Part shown: positions 1 to 12,970 of the stretch, piece after piece
Layout of the letters: each line of letters opens with the position of its first letter
Numbering within the stretch: the first letter of the stretch is position 1
Assembly: GCA_020137815.1 (NCBI GenBank)
Contig: CM035350.1
Location: forward strand, 7,936,001 to 8,000,000
Origin: Hormiphora californensis
Lineage: Eukaryota; Animalia; Ctenophora
Reading direction: 5' to 3'
DNA length: 64,000 nt
The notes under the pieces: generated by a model
What the model was told of the DNA's origin: nothing
What the model saw: only the letters and a program-made list of their open reading frames with translations
The model's database searches: none
Program-made: the position numbers and the translations under genes

Positions 1-568
1 CTCCTTAATCTTTTCTTTTTCGCGAGCCTTTTCCTGTAGTTTTTTGCAACGTGACACGTTTGTTGGTTTATTCATCCCTATGTGGAGTTCTCCTGTCCTC
101 GAACCGAAGTCTCGTGACTACAAAACTTTCGAGTTTACGTGTCCGGCATACATCTTTGCCCTATGGTGCACCCTGTTTACAATTTCTTCGAGTATTTTTG
201 TCCCTACGCTATCGCAACTGTTTCTAGCTTGTGCGCTTCCTCCATAACTAGCACAGCCAAGTTCTCGACATCAGATAAGTAGTGCCAGGTGGGAGACCAT
301 AAAGTCACCGCATCATTAAAAAAAAGTCGACTTGTAGACGTGTCGGCTCCACATTTTCGGACAATTAACTACTCACTTTCTTATGTGTACTGTCCAGGTA
401 TGAGTCTTACAGGTCCGTAGAGATGCCTTTAGAACTGCATTTGGCAGCTATCGTATGACTCACTGTTTCACCGCCCCCATATATACGTTCATAATATGTA
501 AGGAGGGTTAGAACATAACAACAGGTCATAAGGAATTTTATCAGTCATGATTCTTGAACAAATTGTAC

Positions 569-2211
569 CTGCCCTGAGGAGGAGACAGCACCACCATGGG
601 CAATGACTCTCTGCTTCTCAGCCTCATCTGTCACATTATGGTCCTTAGTACAAATCTTTACGGAACAGGATTTACCCACACACTTCCCGTCCTTCCCTCC
701 CCTACAGATGTAGGTTCTCCGTCAGTGCACACCCATATTCTCCAACGCGGCGGACGACTGCTCCTTGGAGAAGCTTTTTTGGTGGGACTGGCGTTATCGT
801 TACTTCCTGTAAACATTGTGTTGTTGTTGTGAACTCAACAATAATTAATAGGTTTAAAGGATTGTATTGCTTGAATACAGGTGAAGATCCTCTCACTCTC
901 TAAGTTTGTAAATGTAGAAATTAGAAAGTAGAAACAGAATCAGCTAGTACTATCAACTAATAGTATTTCATGTTAGTATTACAAGAAGGTGTCACGTCAC
1001 TCTTCAATGTTATACCCGTGTCAGTATTGGATGCATTGGAAGCGGGCCTGGAGGGTGAGATCGTCTGAAAGAGACACACAGTTCCAGTAACCCCACTCCA
1101 TCGTGTCTGGCCCACTTCATCCTGCCCTTGTTTTAACATCACATCCATAGAATGAAAGGCTCTCTTCATGGCTCTCCTGCAGTTTAGGAGGGTGATTAGT
1201 CTTTGATCATAATGGATACCATGAACGTTCAAATTCGATAGATCTAACTTGTAACCCACTTTTCTATATTCACTGGACAGTCCAGTGGACAGCTTTTACC
1301 TGATATCCTGTGCCGATGGGAAGGTATTTCCAGCCAGAACCTCCCTTACTTTTCCCCAGAAGTTTGCTGCAACCAATCGGGCTGATGTGTTCCCCTTGAG
1401 TCCCTCAAACAGGCCACATCCCCACAAAACCCCCTCTCCCCCGTCTGAAAGTGAGGAGCTGGTAGAGTGAAAGTAGTTATACAAACTTTGCAAGCTGTTA
1501 CTACCTACCCTCGGATGTATCAACGGTCATGAAAGATTGTCGGAGTTCCTGGATCACTTCTTCAACGTGGAAAATATTCTCCTGAAGCTGTTCGATCTTC
1601 AGACCAAACCCGAGCGGCGCAGGTGGTTGTGAACACTCTGTAAATACGGGAATTCAAAAGTGGCACTAGATTTTTAGGGCTAAAGCATAAAGTCACGATC
1701 CTTACGACAAGACTAACTGCTATCATCACACTTACCGGTATCGCCGGAAAAGAAGTTAAAGTTTTTGGGTGCCAGTGCCTCGGCCATTTTCTCGAATGCC
1801 GGTGATATGTGCCTCTCTTCAGGAACTTCCTTGAAATCCTTGAAGTATAGCATCTTGAGAGTATCGTATGCCGTTGTTAGCTGAGCAACTCGTGCCCTGT
1901 CTTTGGATAACTCAAGATGCTCAATTTTACTGAAAATATTACGTTGTTATGCCTTTACTATATAATACTGAGTAATGGCATTACTCATCACATTCGAAAA
2001 TCACCGACTAGAGAGAGTATAATAATGTGCTATGTATGTCTTACCAGCAGTAGTGTTTGGTAAGATCTAGGAAGGAGGGTGGGTAATTCTCCAGATTCAG
2101 GATGGCTAAAGACTCATGCTGCTGGCTGTGCTCCCTCCAATGGCGAAGGGATATTTGCAGGCCACACTTTCCACATCGCACTGTTCTGAGTTTCTGCCGG
2201 ACCAGCGACAT
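569..2211 (-). CDS. PP2D1: PP2C-like domain protein (PP2D1-like), multi-exon; 3' end not resolved
   Basis: Approximate exons 2211-2045, 1929-1736, 1637-1505, 1458-1300, 1177-~1016 and ~830-569. They encode GLFEGLKGNTSARLVAANFW (PP2C DGH motif region), AMKRAFHSMDVMLKQGQDEVGQTRWSGVTGTVCLF (resembles PP2D1 AFWRMDRLL..GR.EV....WSG) and TKDHNVTDEAEKQRVIAHGG (PP2C 'DH...E..RI...GG'). Confidence 0.7.
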
Positions 2212-2339
2212 GGGCTATCTGATGATGTGGTTACATTAGAGCTAACAATATCAAATTGGTAAAGTTGTCAATGAAAGAGAAGAAGAGAAGCATGATAATT
2301 TCAAAGTTGTATGAGTTGCCCTTTCACTCGTAAAAAAAG

Positions 2340-2355
2340 AGAGGAGAGAGAGAGA

Positions 2356-2447
<92 letters not shown>

Positions 2448-2470
2448 CAGAGTGAGATACAGAGTGAGAA
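2340..2470. repeat. (GA)n microsatellite
   Basis: Read directly from the sequence. Confidence 0.95.
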
Positions 2471-3087
2471 AAAGAAAGAGATGCAATGGACAGAGAGTCA
2501 TGATAAACATAGGTTTGAGAATATTAAAACATTCATCTTTTAAAGCTGCCGGGGCTGGGACTGCGTGATATTCAGGATATTTTAGATCTACCAGGGGATA
2601 GGATCGGCATTTATTTGATATGCATAAGGGACAATGCATTTACAAAAGCTTTATCATTCATCCACGTCCGTAGTAACGGCGCTTGAGATTGGCAGATCTT
2701 TAAAACCCCACGCTGCTTTAAACACACGTTTCTTCGTCCATACAGGAGGGCTTTGCACGCATCTCTGCTCTTTTATATCTAATATTAGCATGATTTATCT
2801 CTAGTAGCTCTGTCTCTTATTCTTCTTCCACTTTCCAACTCCTTCTTTATTCGGCGCTATACTTCTTTCATCCTCTGATCACCACGCCAATCGAATATAT
2901 AACAAGGTGTGAGATTTATCACATGAAGGGTCAACTACTCAACTAGTATCGAAAACAAAAGACCGTCAGCAGAGGAAAACAATAATTGTCAGAATTCCTG
3001 GTGACATTGCTATCAGCGGTGGCTTTCCCTATGCCAGATGGCACTGGGGGTATTTAGCTAGAACTCCCGCCACAAAATCCACATACC

Positions 3088-6000
3088 ATGATTCTTGTTC
3101 CTCTGTTAGCGGTGTTGGTCGCTACCCAAGCGACAAACATTATCTGTCCTCCAGGGGTCAAAGTCTTCTCAGCTCGCGATGACTCACAATATTATTCATG
3201 TCCGGTGGTAGGCAAGGTAGCGGTCCTAGAGAGTTGCCAGCCTGGGGAAGTGTTCGATAGGGTCTCTGAAATGTGTGAGGGTTTGGAGAAGAGGTCGCTG
3301 GCTAAGGACATTATAAATAGGCCCGTTATTGGGGAGGATGTGAGGCTTGGGACGCTGTTTGATGCTCGGAGGGGGTTCCTGTACAGCGGGTTTGAACTCT
3401 ACACCAGAGAAAACCTAGAAAACAAAAAGACCGTCCAGGACGAAACAGGTGGGAAAACAAATACCTTCGTGTCCAATGATGAAAGGAGTAAGTTTAGCCA
3501 ATTTGGGATCGGTGCGGAGATTGCGTTGTCCATCATGTCAGGACAAATCAAGGTGAAGGGAAGTGCCGAATTCTTCTCTAAAAACAGAGATAGCAGCAAT
3601 GTTGCCCGGGTCGTCATGAGCTCAGAAGAAATCACTCGATCAGAAACCCTACCGATCTCTGACGACAAGGATTTTGATTACTGCGACCTGGTGAAGGAAG
3701 GAAGTGGCCCAACTCACGTGGTCACCAACGTTGTCTACGGCAAGAGGGCGTATCTTGTTTTTGAGAAAACTGCAGGAAGCATGACTGACATTACGGCACT
3801 GAGTGGTCGGTTGGAGGCCCAGGTCCTGATTATTCCGGGTATGACCATTGGAGGGCACATTGCTATCAGTATCAATGGGACTGAGTACAAGAACGATGAT
3901 GAAATGAGGGTAAAGTTTTACGGAGATACCATCTTGGAATCCGTTCCAACCACCTGGTTTCAGGCCATCACGACTGTAAACAAGGCCTTGAAGGATGTAC
4001 CCAGTAGCCCCATTGCATTCTCCCTGACACCCATTCAGTCTTACTGTAGCGGAGAAGGAGCTGGGCCGGTTATAAAGTCAATCACTGCCTCCCTTGTTGA
4101 GAAGTCGATCAAAATTATAAATAATATGGAAGTGGCAAGGCAGCGACTGGCGGCACTATTACAATCCGAAGCGGCAGTAAGGTATGCTGCAATTAAGAAG
4201 CAGCTGTCTCTGGTCCAGGCGGCTCTGATTGTCTTTAAAACTAGATATACAGCCAACATGGCAGACAAGATTACCAGAGTCAAGGCGGGCCAGGACGAGG
4301 AGAAAGAGCTGGTTAATCTCATGTCCAAATACTGGGAATCCCCCTTCTCTAGTGGACGGTTAAATGTCTTTCTCCAGCAGCGTGAGAGGGAGGTGTTCGC
4401 GGTGACTAAGATTGTATCTGATGCTCTTACTCGCAATGACATGGAGTTAGCTGACCCAGTAACGGCAACAGACAACGCATGCATTTTCAAGAAACAGTAC
4501 GCAACCGTATTCAAACTGAACATCTTACCAGAGCCTCAAAATGCCGAAAACTTCCTGGCAAACACCGACAGTGACTGGAACGAGGATAATTCTTGGATAA
4601 ACAGCGACTATGAGCTCTACAGGATTGGACAACAGAAGCAGGCCTTTGAGAGGTATGTGGAAACCAACCTAGCGAGGGTAAACGGACCAAGGTGTTACCT
4701 TGTCAAGCTAGATCTAGTGGACAACAAGAGAAAGTTTGAGATGCGGCTCTACAAAAGCGGCCAGCAGATAACCAACACCTTCGTCCCACCTAAACGTGCT
4801 CCCCAACATTTGATGTGCTCTAAAAGATCAGCGGACGCCGTTGAGTTAAGGATGGGAAAACAAAATAATCCGGATGTCACCGGAATCAGGGTAATAGCTT
4901 CAAGTGTTACAGGACAAGGTGTCGTGAGGGAGCTTCCAAACGCTGACAGGGTAACGGTGACTGGATTGGAACCGGGTACAGTTTATGAGCTCACCGCTGA
5001 GTACATGGTTCAAGAGGAGCATGGTGTCAGTCCAAAAACTGCTCCAATCCACTGCTCCACTAGGGCCATCTCCGCTCCTTCCACAGTCACCGTCACTAAG
5101 ACAACCACTAACTCCATCACACTATCATGGTCAAAACCAGAAACTATCGCCCCAGCTCTGAAGGATACTTCCATTTCATATGAGGTATCAGTTAAAGGAA
5201 AAGTCAGTAAGAAACTAAGCACAAATGGTCTTTCTATGGATATTTCAGGACTGCCTGCTGGTTCACTCTACGATGTGAACATCGTTGCCAAGCTTCTTCA
5301 GCCTTCTCTCACAGACCCCCACAGTTCACCAGCAATAATGGCTGCTATCACTGCTCCAGCTGCCCCTACAGCTCCTAAAGTTAGGGAGGTCCAGAACAAC
5401 ATGGCTATTCTAGAGGTTGACATGAGTGGTGTTCCCGTACCGAAAGGAGCTAGCAAGGACTACCTGTCTGTGAAGTATCACCAAGTGGATGGAAAGAGTG
5501 GTGAAATGATTGCAGGAACCCAGACTTCATTCATTCAGCGTGTTTGGGTAAGTAAGACGTGACATGAAGTGCCTGTTTACTGAACCCTTTATTTCATTGC
5601 ATTATGTTCTTGAATACGCCTCCCTTTAAAATGTCCCTTTCCCCAGGTTGGTGGTTCTACAGATGTATTTCTGGGAGATCTTGTGAAGGGAACTAATTAC
5701 GAAGCAACAGTGAGAGTACTAGTCCGGTACGACAAGACCATAGTTGCATCGCCCTACTCCGATCCCATTGCCATAAGAACGACCAATACAGAAAGTCCTC
5801 AGGAGCTGCTGAGGAATGACATTGTAGTCCTAACATCGGACACCGATAAGAGGAGTGATACTTTGGAAGGCAGTGTGAAGCGGTTGGAAACTGAACGGAA
5901 AGCACTAGAAGGCAGAATAGTAATTCCTGACTTCACTGTACTGGCAAGTTCCTCTCATCGATTCTTCAATTCCGTCGGACTGTCCTCTAAAGGTAAATAA

Positions 6001-7178
6001 AATGACTCATCGTAAGTCACACGTTTTGTGTCATCTTCATTTCTTAGTTAACCAAGTTTAACTTCCATTTCAGTTGCCAGCTCTACAAACTGTCAACTGG
6101 ATGGTCTAGAGATTTACGAGATTGGAAATCCTGTATATCTTTCCCGTAACTGTGATTCCTATGAAAAGTGCCTGAATCTTTGCTACTGGAAAGGGACCTG
6201 TCATGGGGTGGTCTACAAGCCGGCTACCAAGGTGTGCAAGAGTGTCAAAAATCGGCAGGGCCTGGTGCTGTATACCGCTCCCGGACAACAATCAACCAAC
6301 ATTTACTGCTCTGGTGAGTCAAATTTAACCTTTTTCTAGTTATATATACTTTAACTTGTCAGCATTGGGAATATTAGGGTACATTTTATTCTATTTCCTA
6401 GGAGGGGCAACTCTGGAGGGCTGGGAGTCATGTGTAAAACGTGATTTTCGGTATGCCACTGATGCCGTCCTGGCAACTGCTAGTGGTGTTTCCAGTCCGG
6501 AGGAGTGTACCACGATGTGCCAACTTACAAACAATTGTAGGGCTATCACCCATTCTGGGACTTCTTGTAAAATGATGACCAATAACCACAATTTGATCAA
6601 GAGCAAAGCTTCAACAAGTATATCTCTTCGCTGTCTCCAGGGTAGGTTCCTAAATCTCCTCCTTACTCATTTAAATAGTTTGAAAATCCTAGCGTACATC
6701 AGATTATGAGTGTCTATCAGTTTGAAATGATACATAGATCTGTAATGTACTTCCCCCGAACAGTTCGAGGCAAGTCTATGACAGGATGTACTTGGTCTGG
6801 AAAACGCTTCAATAGCCGATCCCGTCTGAAGACTGTGAATGGTGTAAAGAGTGTCAAAGAATGTGCTATGCTCTGCACTTCAACTCGCTGCAAGGGAGTT
6901 TCCTACTCTGCTAGAAACAAGATATGCGAGTTGTTTTCAACTAGAGCTCAAGTAGACTTCGTATCAGATGGAAACTTCGTATCTGTCAGTACTGCATGTT
7001 TAGGTGAGTCACTCAGCTCGTATGAAGTTGGAACATTGGTATTTTACCAAGATTCTAGAGCCGCCTGACAGTGAATCTCACATTCGGGAATCGGGATGAA
7101 CAAAAGTGTAAATAATTTAACATTATTTTATTTCTATAAGTGACCGGTGATTTAATTCTTTCAGGAATGAGGATGTAG
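3088..7178 (+). CDS. Secreted stonustoxin-like MACPF pore-forming protein A (SP-CBM14-MACPF/FAT/THX-3xFN3-coiled coil-3xPAN), about 1179 aa
   Basis: Exons 3088-5547, 5647-5992, 6074-6313, 6402-6641, 6764-7003 and 7165-7178 are all GT-AG with a continuous frame. Signal peptide MILVPLLAVLVATQA. CBM14-like C..YYSC..C.PG.VFD....C. SNTX motifs IGEDVRLGTLFDARRG, PTHVVTNVVYG..AYLVFEK and KFYGDTILESVPTTW. FN3 motifs GLEPGTVYE, GLPAGSLYDV and DLVKGTNYEA. PAN motifs ECxxxC...C.gvsY.....C. Confidence 0.9.
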
Positions 7179-7414
7179 TTTCAAGAATCCAGAATATGAA
7201 AATGCCGCACATTACATTACTGCACCGGAGTGAATCAGTTTGAGATGAATTGATGTTTGCTATTTTGAGTTAATGCAGTCGAATTCGTTTGTTTTTTGAA
7301 GTATGATATACCATTGTGCAACAAGCTGTCTGCTAGTCATTCACATTCCTCCGAGCTGCACGTGCTTTTTTTCTCAATGGACTCCCCTACTTGAAGTACT
7401 ATCCATCGATGTAT

Positions 7415-7456
7415 CCCTCTCTCTCTTTCTTTCGCTCTCTCTCTCTCCCCTCTCTT

Positions 7457-7528
<72 letters not shown>

Positions 7529-7535
7529 TCTCTCT
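7415..7535. repeat. (CT)n microsatellite between the convergent toxin genes A and B
   Basis: Read directly from the sequence. Confidence 0.95.
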
Positions 7536-7879
7536 GTCCCTCACTCCCTCCTCCACTTCTTCCCTCTCATCAGCTGCTGTCCCGTCTATATAATATCACC
7601 GAGGGGGTCCTGCAACCACTTTCCGTGAGTGCTGCTGCACATGCGGGCAGTACATGTGAAGTAGCTTCACCACACACACACACACACACACTGACTAACT
7701 AAAGATGCGGCTGAGATGCCCACCGAGGGGAGGGGGTGGAGTTGTCGCCCTCCTACACAAGGTAGCACGTGCAGGACTCATGGTAAAACACACTGTTTTG
7801 GAATGCAAGCTAAAACGTGACATTGGAAGTTAGTTAAACAGTCTCCATTCTTCTTATTCTACTGCGAGCTCCAGCGCTA

Positions 7880-10800
7880 CTAGCCATCTTTCATGCCTGA
7901 AAACAAAAGGATTTTAGAGTTCCTGGAAACAAAATAGGATTTCTTAAATTCACTGAAAACGAGGAAGCGAAAGAACAAACCATGACTCATTTGACAAGAT
8001 AAACGTGTGCTTTTATAAAAGCTAACTAAAATGTTGGGATGCCTCACCTAAGCAAGCAGTACTGACAGATACAAAGTTGCTATCTGCTACGAAGTCTTTC
8101 TCATCTCTGGTTGAAAATGTTGAACATTGACTGCTTTCGGCATCATATGACACTCCCCTGCATTTAGAAGAGACGCAGAGATTGATACAATCGGTAATGG
8201 TATCTTGTTTGTTGATACTTGTCGTTAAAAGGTAGCGTCTGTCAAACCTCACTCCTTTCCAAGTACACCCTTCAACTGACTTGCCCTTCACTAAAAAGTG
8301 TTACAGGTGGTTAGATTGCAGACGATTGTTACAGTGCTGCTTGTAGTCAAATTACCGTAATGAAAATACAGTAAGGAGACGCGCACGTTGCATAACGCGC
8401 AGCAAAAAGTTCATGTGTCAGCACGTACTAGCGCCCTGATTGGTCACGGTTGCGTGTCGTCTTACTGTGTCTTCGTTTTCCATTACCGTTTTCCCACTAC
8501 AAGCGACCGTGTTATACTATAACTTATAGATCTGTTAAAGATTTAGTTTGTCACTTACCTTGAAGACACCTTAGAGATACGCTAACTGCAGATTTATCAG
8601 CCCGAGTCACAGAATCATTGGTCAACATTTTACAAGAAGTCCCAGAATGGGTGATAGCCCTACAATTGTTTGTAATTTGGCACATCGTGGTACACTCCTC
8701 CGGACTGTAAACACCACTAGCAATGGCCAGGACGGTATTAGTGGCAGGTATATACCGTAAACCACGTTTTACACATGAATCCCAGCCCTCCAGAGTTGCC
8801 CCTCCTAGGAAATAATATAATGATTGTCACCTGATTAGGAGGATAATTAATTTACAGATGTAGTCACTGCGCTGGCAAGCGCAAAGGTTGCCATCCCCCC
8901 CCAGAAAACGCTGCCAGAAACGCAGTTATACGTTTTATGGGTGTTTGGCTGAAAAACCGGAATTCGGAAGGCTATAGCGTCGCTCCCTTTCATCCGATTG
9001 ACTTGAAATTTGGAATGTATACTCGACTTGAAGTCTTTTACTTAAGTTTAAAATTTCAAGTCTCTATCTTATCTGGGACGGAAGTTACAGACTGGTCCCA
9101 TTTGCTGAAGACCGTATTTTCATTTTGTCCCTTGTTGACCAAGCCAGAAGGAGATACCATCTCTACAGACCATTAAACCAAAACTAATTGAAATTAGTGG
9201 GCCGGAAAGGTTGCCATACTATTTGAGCTACCTTTGGCACCAGTACATCCCCTTCTTCTTTACCCTGCCTGTACCCTGCGAATGTTAAGGTGGCAAAGGT
9301 AGCTCAAATAGTATGGCAACCTTTCCGGCCCACTAATTTCAATTAGTTTTGGTTTAATATGCACTAATAGAATACGAAAATAACTTACCAGAACAGTATA
9401 TATTGGTTGAGTGGACGCCATTTGATGTATGTACTGTCAACCCTTGTCTTCTCTGCTGTCCCTTACAAATTCTACTGGATGGCTCATACGCAACCGAATG
9501 GCAGTCTCCCCTCCAGTAGCAAAGATTTAGGCACCTTTTCAAAAGAATCGCAGTCTCGAGATAGAAAAATGGAAGATTTTTCGTACAATTCCAAGCCATC
9601 CAGCTGACAAACTTTCCTCCTGGCAACTAGAAAAGAACAAAGAGGAAGTGTTAAATAGGGTCGTTTGAAATACACCCGTATTATAATTGTGTTGAGCTTC
9701 TTCCGACCTACCCATCTTCCATAGAAATACCTGCTGTCGACATCCAGACTGCACTAAAGAATGCATAGGAAGCATCTTCCAATTTCGAGATATCCCTAGG
9801 AGCTGCATCAGCTAATTTTGTTGACCAATCTATCCCTTTCCTCTTTCAAATCGTCCACACTACCCTCGAGTATGGTACACCTCTCATTCACATCTGATTT
9901 CAGAGTTTCCACACCACTCCTTAGTTTCTCAAAGGCAGTTTCAGCGGAAGTCGTTGTTATGGCGATGGGATCGGAGTAGGGCGATGCAACTATGGTCTTG
10001 TCGTACCGGACTAGTACTCTCACTGTTGCTTCGTAATTAGTTCCCTTCACAAGATCTCCCAGAAATACATCTGTAGAACCACCAACCTGGGGAAAGGGAC
10101 ATTTTAAAGGGAGACAATATGCAAGAATATAATGCAAATTGCAATGTAATAAAGAGTTCAGTAAACAGGCACTTCATGTCACGTCTTACTTACCCAAACA
10201 CGCTGAAAGAAGGAAGTCTGGGTTCCTGCAATCATTTCACCACTCTTTCCATCCACTTGGTGATACTTCACAGAAAGGTAGTCCTTGCTAGCTCCTTTCG
10301 GTACGGGAACACCACTCATGTCAACCTCTAGAATAGCCCTGTTGTTCTCGATCTCCTTAACTTTAGGAGCTGTAGGGGCAGCTGGAGCAGTGATAGCAGC
10401 CAGTATTGCTGGTGAACTGTTGGGGTCTGCGAGAGAAGGCTGAAGAAGCTTGGCGACAATGTTCACATCGTAGAGTGAACCAGCAGGCAGTCCTGAAATA
10501 TCCATAGAAAGACCATTCGTGTTTAGTTTCTTATTGTCTGGTCCTTTAACTGATACCTCGTATGAAATGGAAGTATCCTTCAGAGCTGGGGCAATAGTTT
10601 CTGGTTTTGACCATGATAGTGTGATGGAGTTAGTGGTTGTCTTAGTGACGGTGATTGTGGAAGGAGCGGAGATGGCCCTAGTGGAGCAGTGGATTGGAGC
10701 AGTTTTTGGACTGACACCATGCTCCTCTTGAACCATGTACTCAGCGGTGAGCTCATAAACTGTACCCGGTTCCAATCCAGTCACCGTTACCCTGTCAGCG

Positions 10801-12666
10801 TTTGGAAGCTCCCTCACGACATCTTGTCCTGTAACACTTGAAGCTATTACCCTGATTCCTGTGACATCAGGATTAGTAGACGCGGTGACTGCAAGTTGCA
10901 ACCCAAGTGCTTGCCGTTCCTGACATTTCAAACTCTTTGGAGCTCTTTTTGGGGGAGTAAATGAGTTTGTGATTTGGTGGCCACCTTTGAAAAGCTGCAT
11001 TTCAAACTTCATATCATTGTTCAGCATATCTAATGTGACCAGGTAGCATCTTGCACCCGAAAAGGGGTCTGCTAGGTTGGTGTCCACATACCTCTCAAAG
11101 GCCTGCTTCTGTTGTCCAATCCTGTAGAGCTCATAGTCGCTGTTTATCCAAGAATCATCCTCGTTCCAGTCACTGTCAGTGTTTGCCAGGAAGTTTTCAG
11201 CATTTTGGGGCTCGGGTAAGATGTTCAATTTGAAGACGGTTGCATATTGTCGCTTGAAGACACACGCATTATCTGTTGCCGTTACTGGGTCAGCTAACTC
11301 CATGTCATTACGAGTAAGAGCATCAGATACAATCCTAGTCACAGCAATGACTTCCCTTTCACGATAATCCAGGAACGATTTAACTCGAGCCCTCTCGAAC
11401 GGGGAGGATCCTGTACTCGCTAACGTGTTGTACAAGTTCCGACTCATTAGCAACTCCTGCCTTGATCATGGGGAGCATGGTGGTTAGATAAGAAGTGTAT
11501 GCCAGCCGATACTCATCAAGTGCCCTAGAGAAACACATCGATCTGCTGTTTAATGGCTGCGTATCTGATGGCAGCATCTGACTCCAACAACCCTGCAACT
11601 CTCAATCTACCTTCCTCCAACTCCCTGAGGACTGTTATTGCCGTGTTTGTCAGGGATGTAGTTATCCCCTTAACTATGGGGGACACACCCTTATCAACAC
11701 AATAATTCTTTATAGATGTCAGGGAGAATCTAACAGGGGACACTTTGGTTTATGGCCTTCATGGCGACATTGTAAGTCTCCACAGCTTGTAACCAGGTGG
11801 TTGGTACCTTCTCCAGGAAGGTATCACCATAGAACCTAACCTGGACCTGCTCGTCATTCCGGTAGACAGAGCCGTTGGCGTGGATGGTGACATTACCAGA
11901 GACCGTCAGTAGACCCATTATGCCAACACTAGCAGTTAGGTTTCCCTCGATCTCATCGAACATGTAGATGGAATTCTGCCTTCTTTTCAAACACAAAGTT
12001 GGCCCTCTGCCCGTACACCACACTGGTGACCACGTGAGTTGGGCCACTTGTCGCCTTCACCATGTCACAATAATCAAAATTAACGCTCCCCGGATCGATA
12101 TCTAGTGACTCAGTTCGAGTTACAGTGTCACTCTTCATGACAACTCGGACATAGTTCACACTCCGCTTGTTGTCAGAGAGAACCTGGGCGCTCCCCTTGG
12201 CTTGGATAATGCCACCTAGAAAATCTAGCTCTAGCTGGGCACCCAGACCAAAGTGCAACATACGCTCATGGGACGTATTTTCAGCAAAAACCTCAGACTT
12301 ACTACCCTCTTCCTCCCGTACTTGAGCTCGGCTTTTCAAGTTTTCTCTGGTGTAGAGTTCAAAACCGCTGTACAGGAACCCCCTCCGAGCATCAAACAGC
12401 GTCCCAAGCCTCACATCCTCCCCAATAACGGGCCTATTTATAATGTCCTTAGCCAGCGACCTCTTCTCCAAACCCTCACACATTTCAGAGACCCTATCGA
12501 ACACTTCCCCAGGCTGGCAACTCTCTAGGACCGCTACCTTGCCTACCACCGGACATGAATAATATTGTGAGTCATCGTGAGCTGAGAAGACTTTGACCCC
12601 TGGAGGACAGATAATGTTTGTCGCTTGGGTAGCGACCAACACCGCTAACAGAGGAACAAGAATCAT
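7880..12666 (-). CDS. Secreted stonustoxin-like protein B (same architecture as A); six +1 frameshifts in this sequence, probably assembly errors
   Basis: Exons 12666-10194, 10086-9731, 9626-9389, 8804-8559, 8290-8048 and 7896-7880 have intron positions matching gene A. The N-terminus is almost identical to A. Removing one base near each of 11975, 11745, 11530, 11415, 9817 and 9535 restores the frame. Confidence 0.85.
8865..9358. mobile_element. Non-autonomous DNA transposon remnant(s) in an intron of gene B, including a hairpin with ~70-bp arms (9172-9241 and 9289-9358)
   Basis: The terminus CACTGCGCTGGCAAGCGCAAAGGT recurs at ~46574. There is a near-perfect inverted repeat ATTAAACCAAAACTAATTGAAATTAGTGGGCCGG... 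Confidence 0.65.
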
Positions 12667-12970
12667 GGCGTGAAGGTGAGAAATATTGGGCAGTATAAAT
12701 AGTAATTGTTGGGGGGTACATCTAGAGGAGAATTAGTATTCACATTGCATAAGGTTTGACAAGTATTGTGTGAGGTGTGATTATGTGGTGCGATTTTCAT
12801 ACCCTTTGCAGCAGTTACAGCATTTGTCAGGCCCATTAACTAGCATAACATCATGTTTCTTCAATGTAAAGTAAAAGCATATATCGGTAGCACTGTCCCC
12901 ATACACAAATTATCATAAATAAAAAGTTTTTTATAGCGAATTTGTTTTTCATTATATACACGGTATTCTG

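Noticed and set aside
7880-12666. Gene B as a pseudogene or programmed-frameshift gene
   Set aside because: All lesions are +1 base duplications with no slippery-site pattern or independent nonsense codons, and the window shows other evidence of insertion errors. Not fully excluded without reads.
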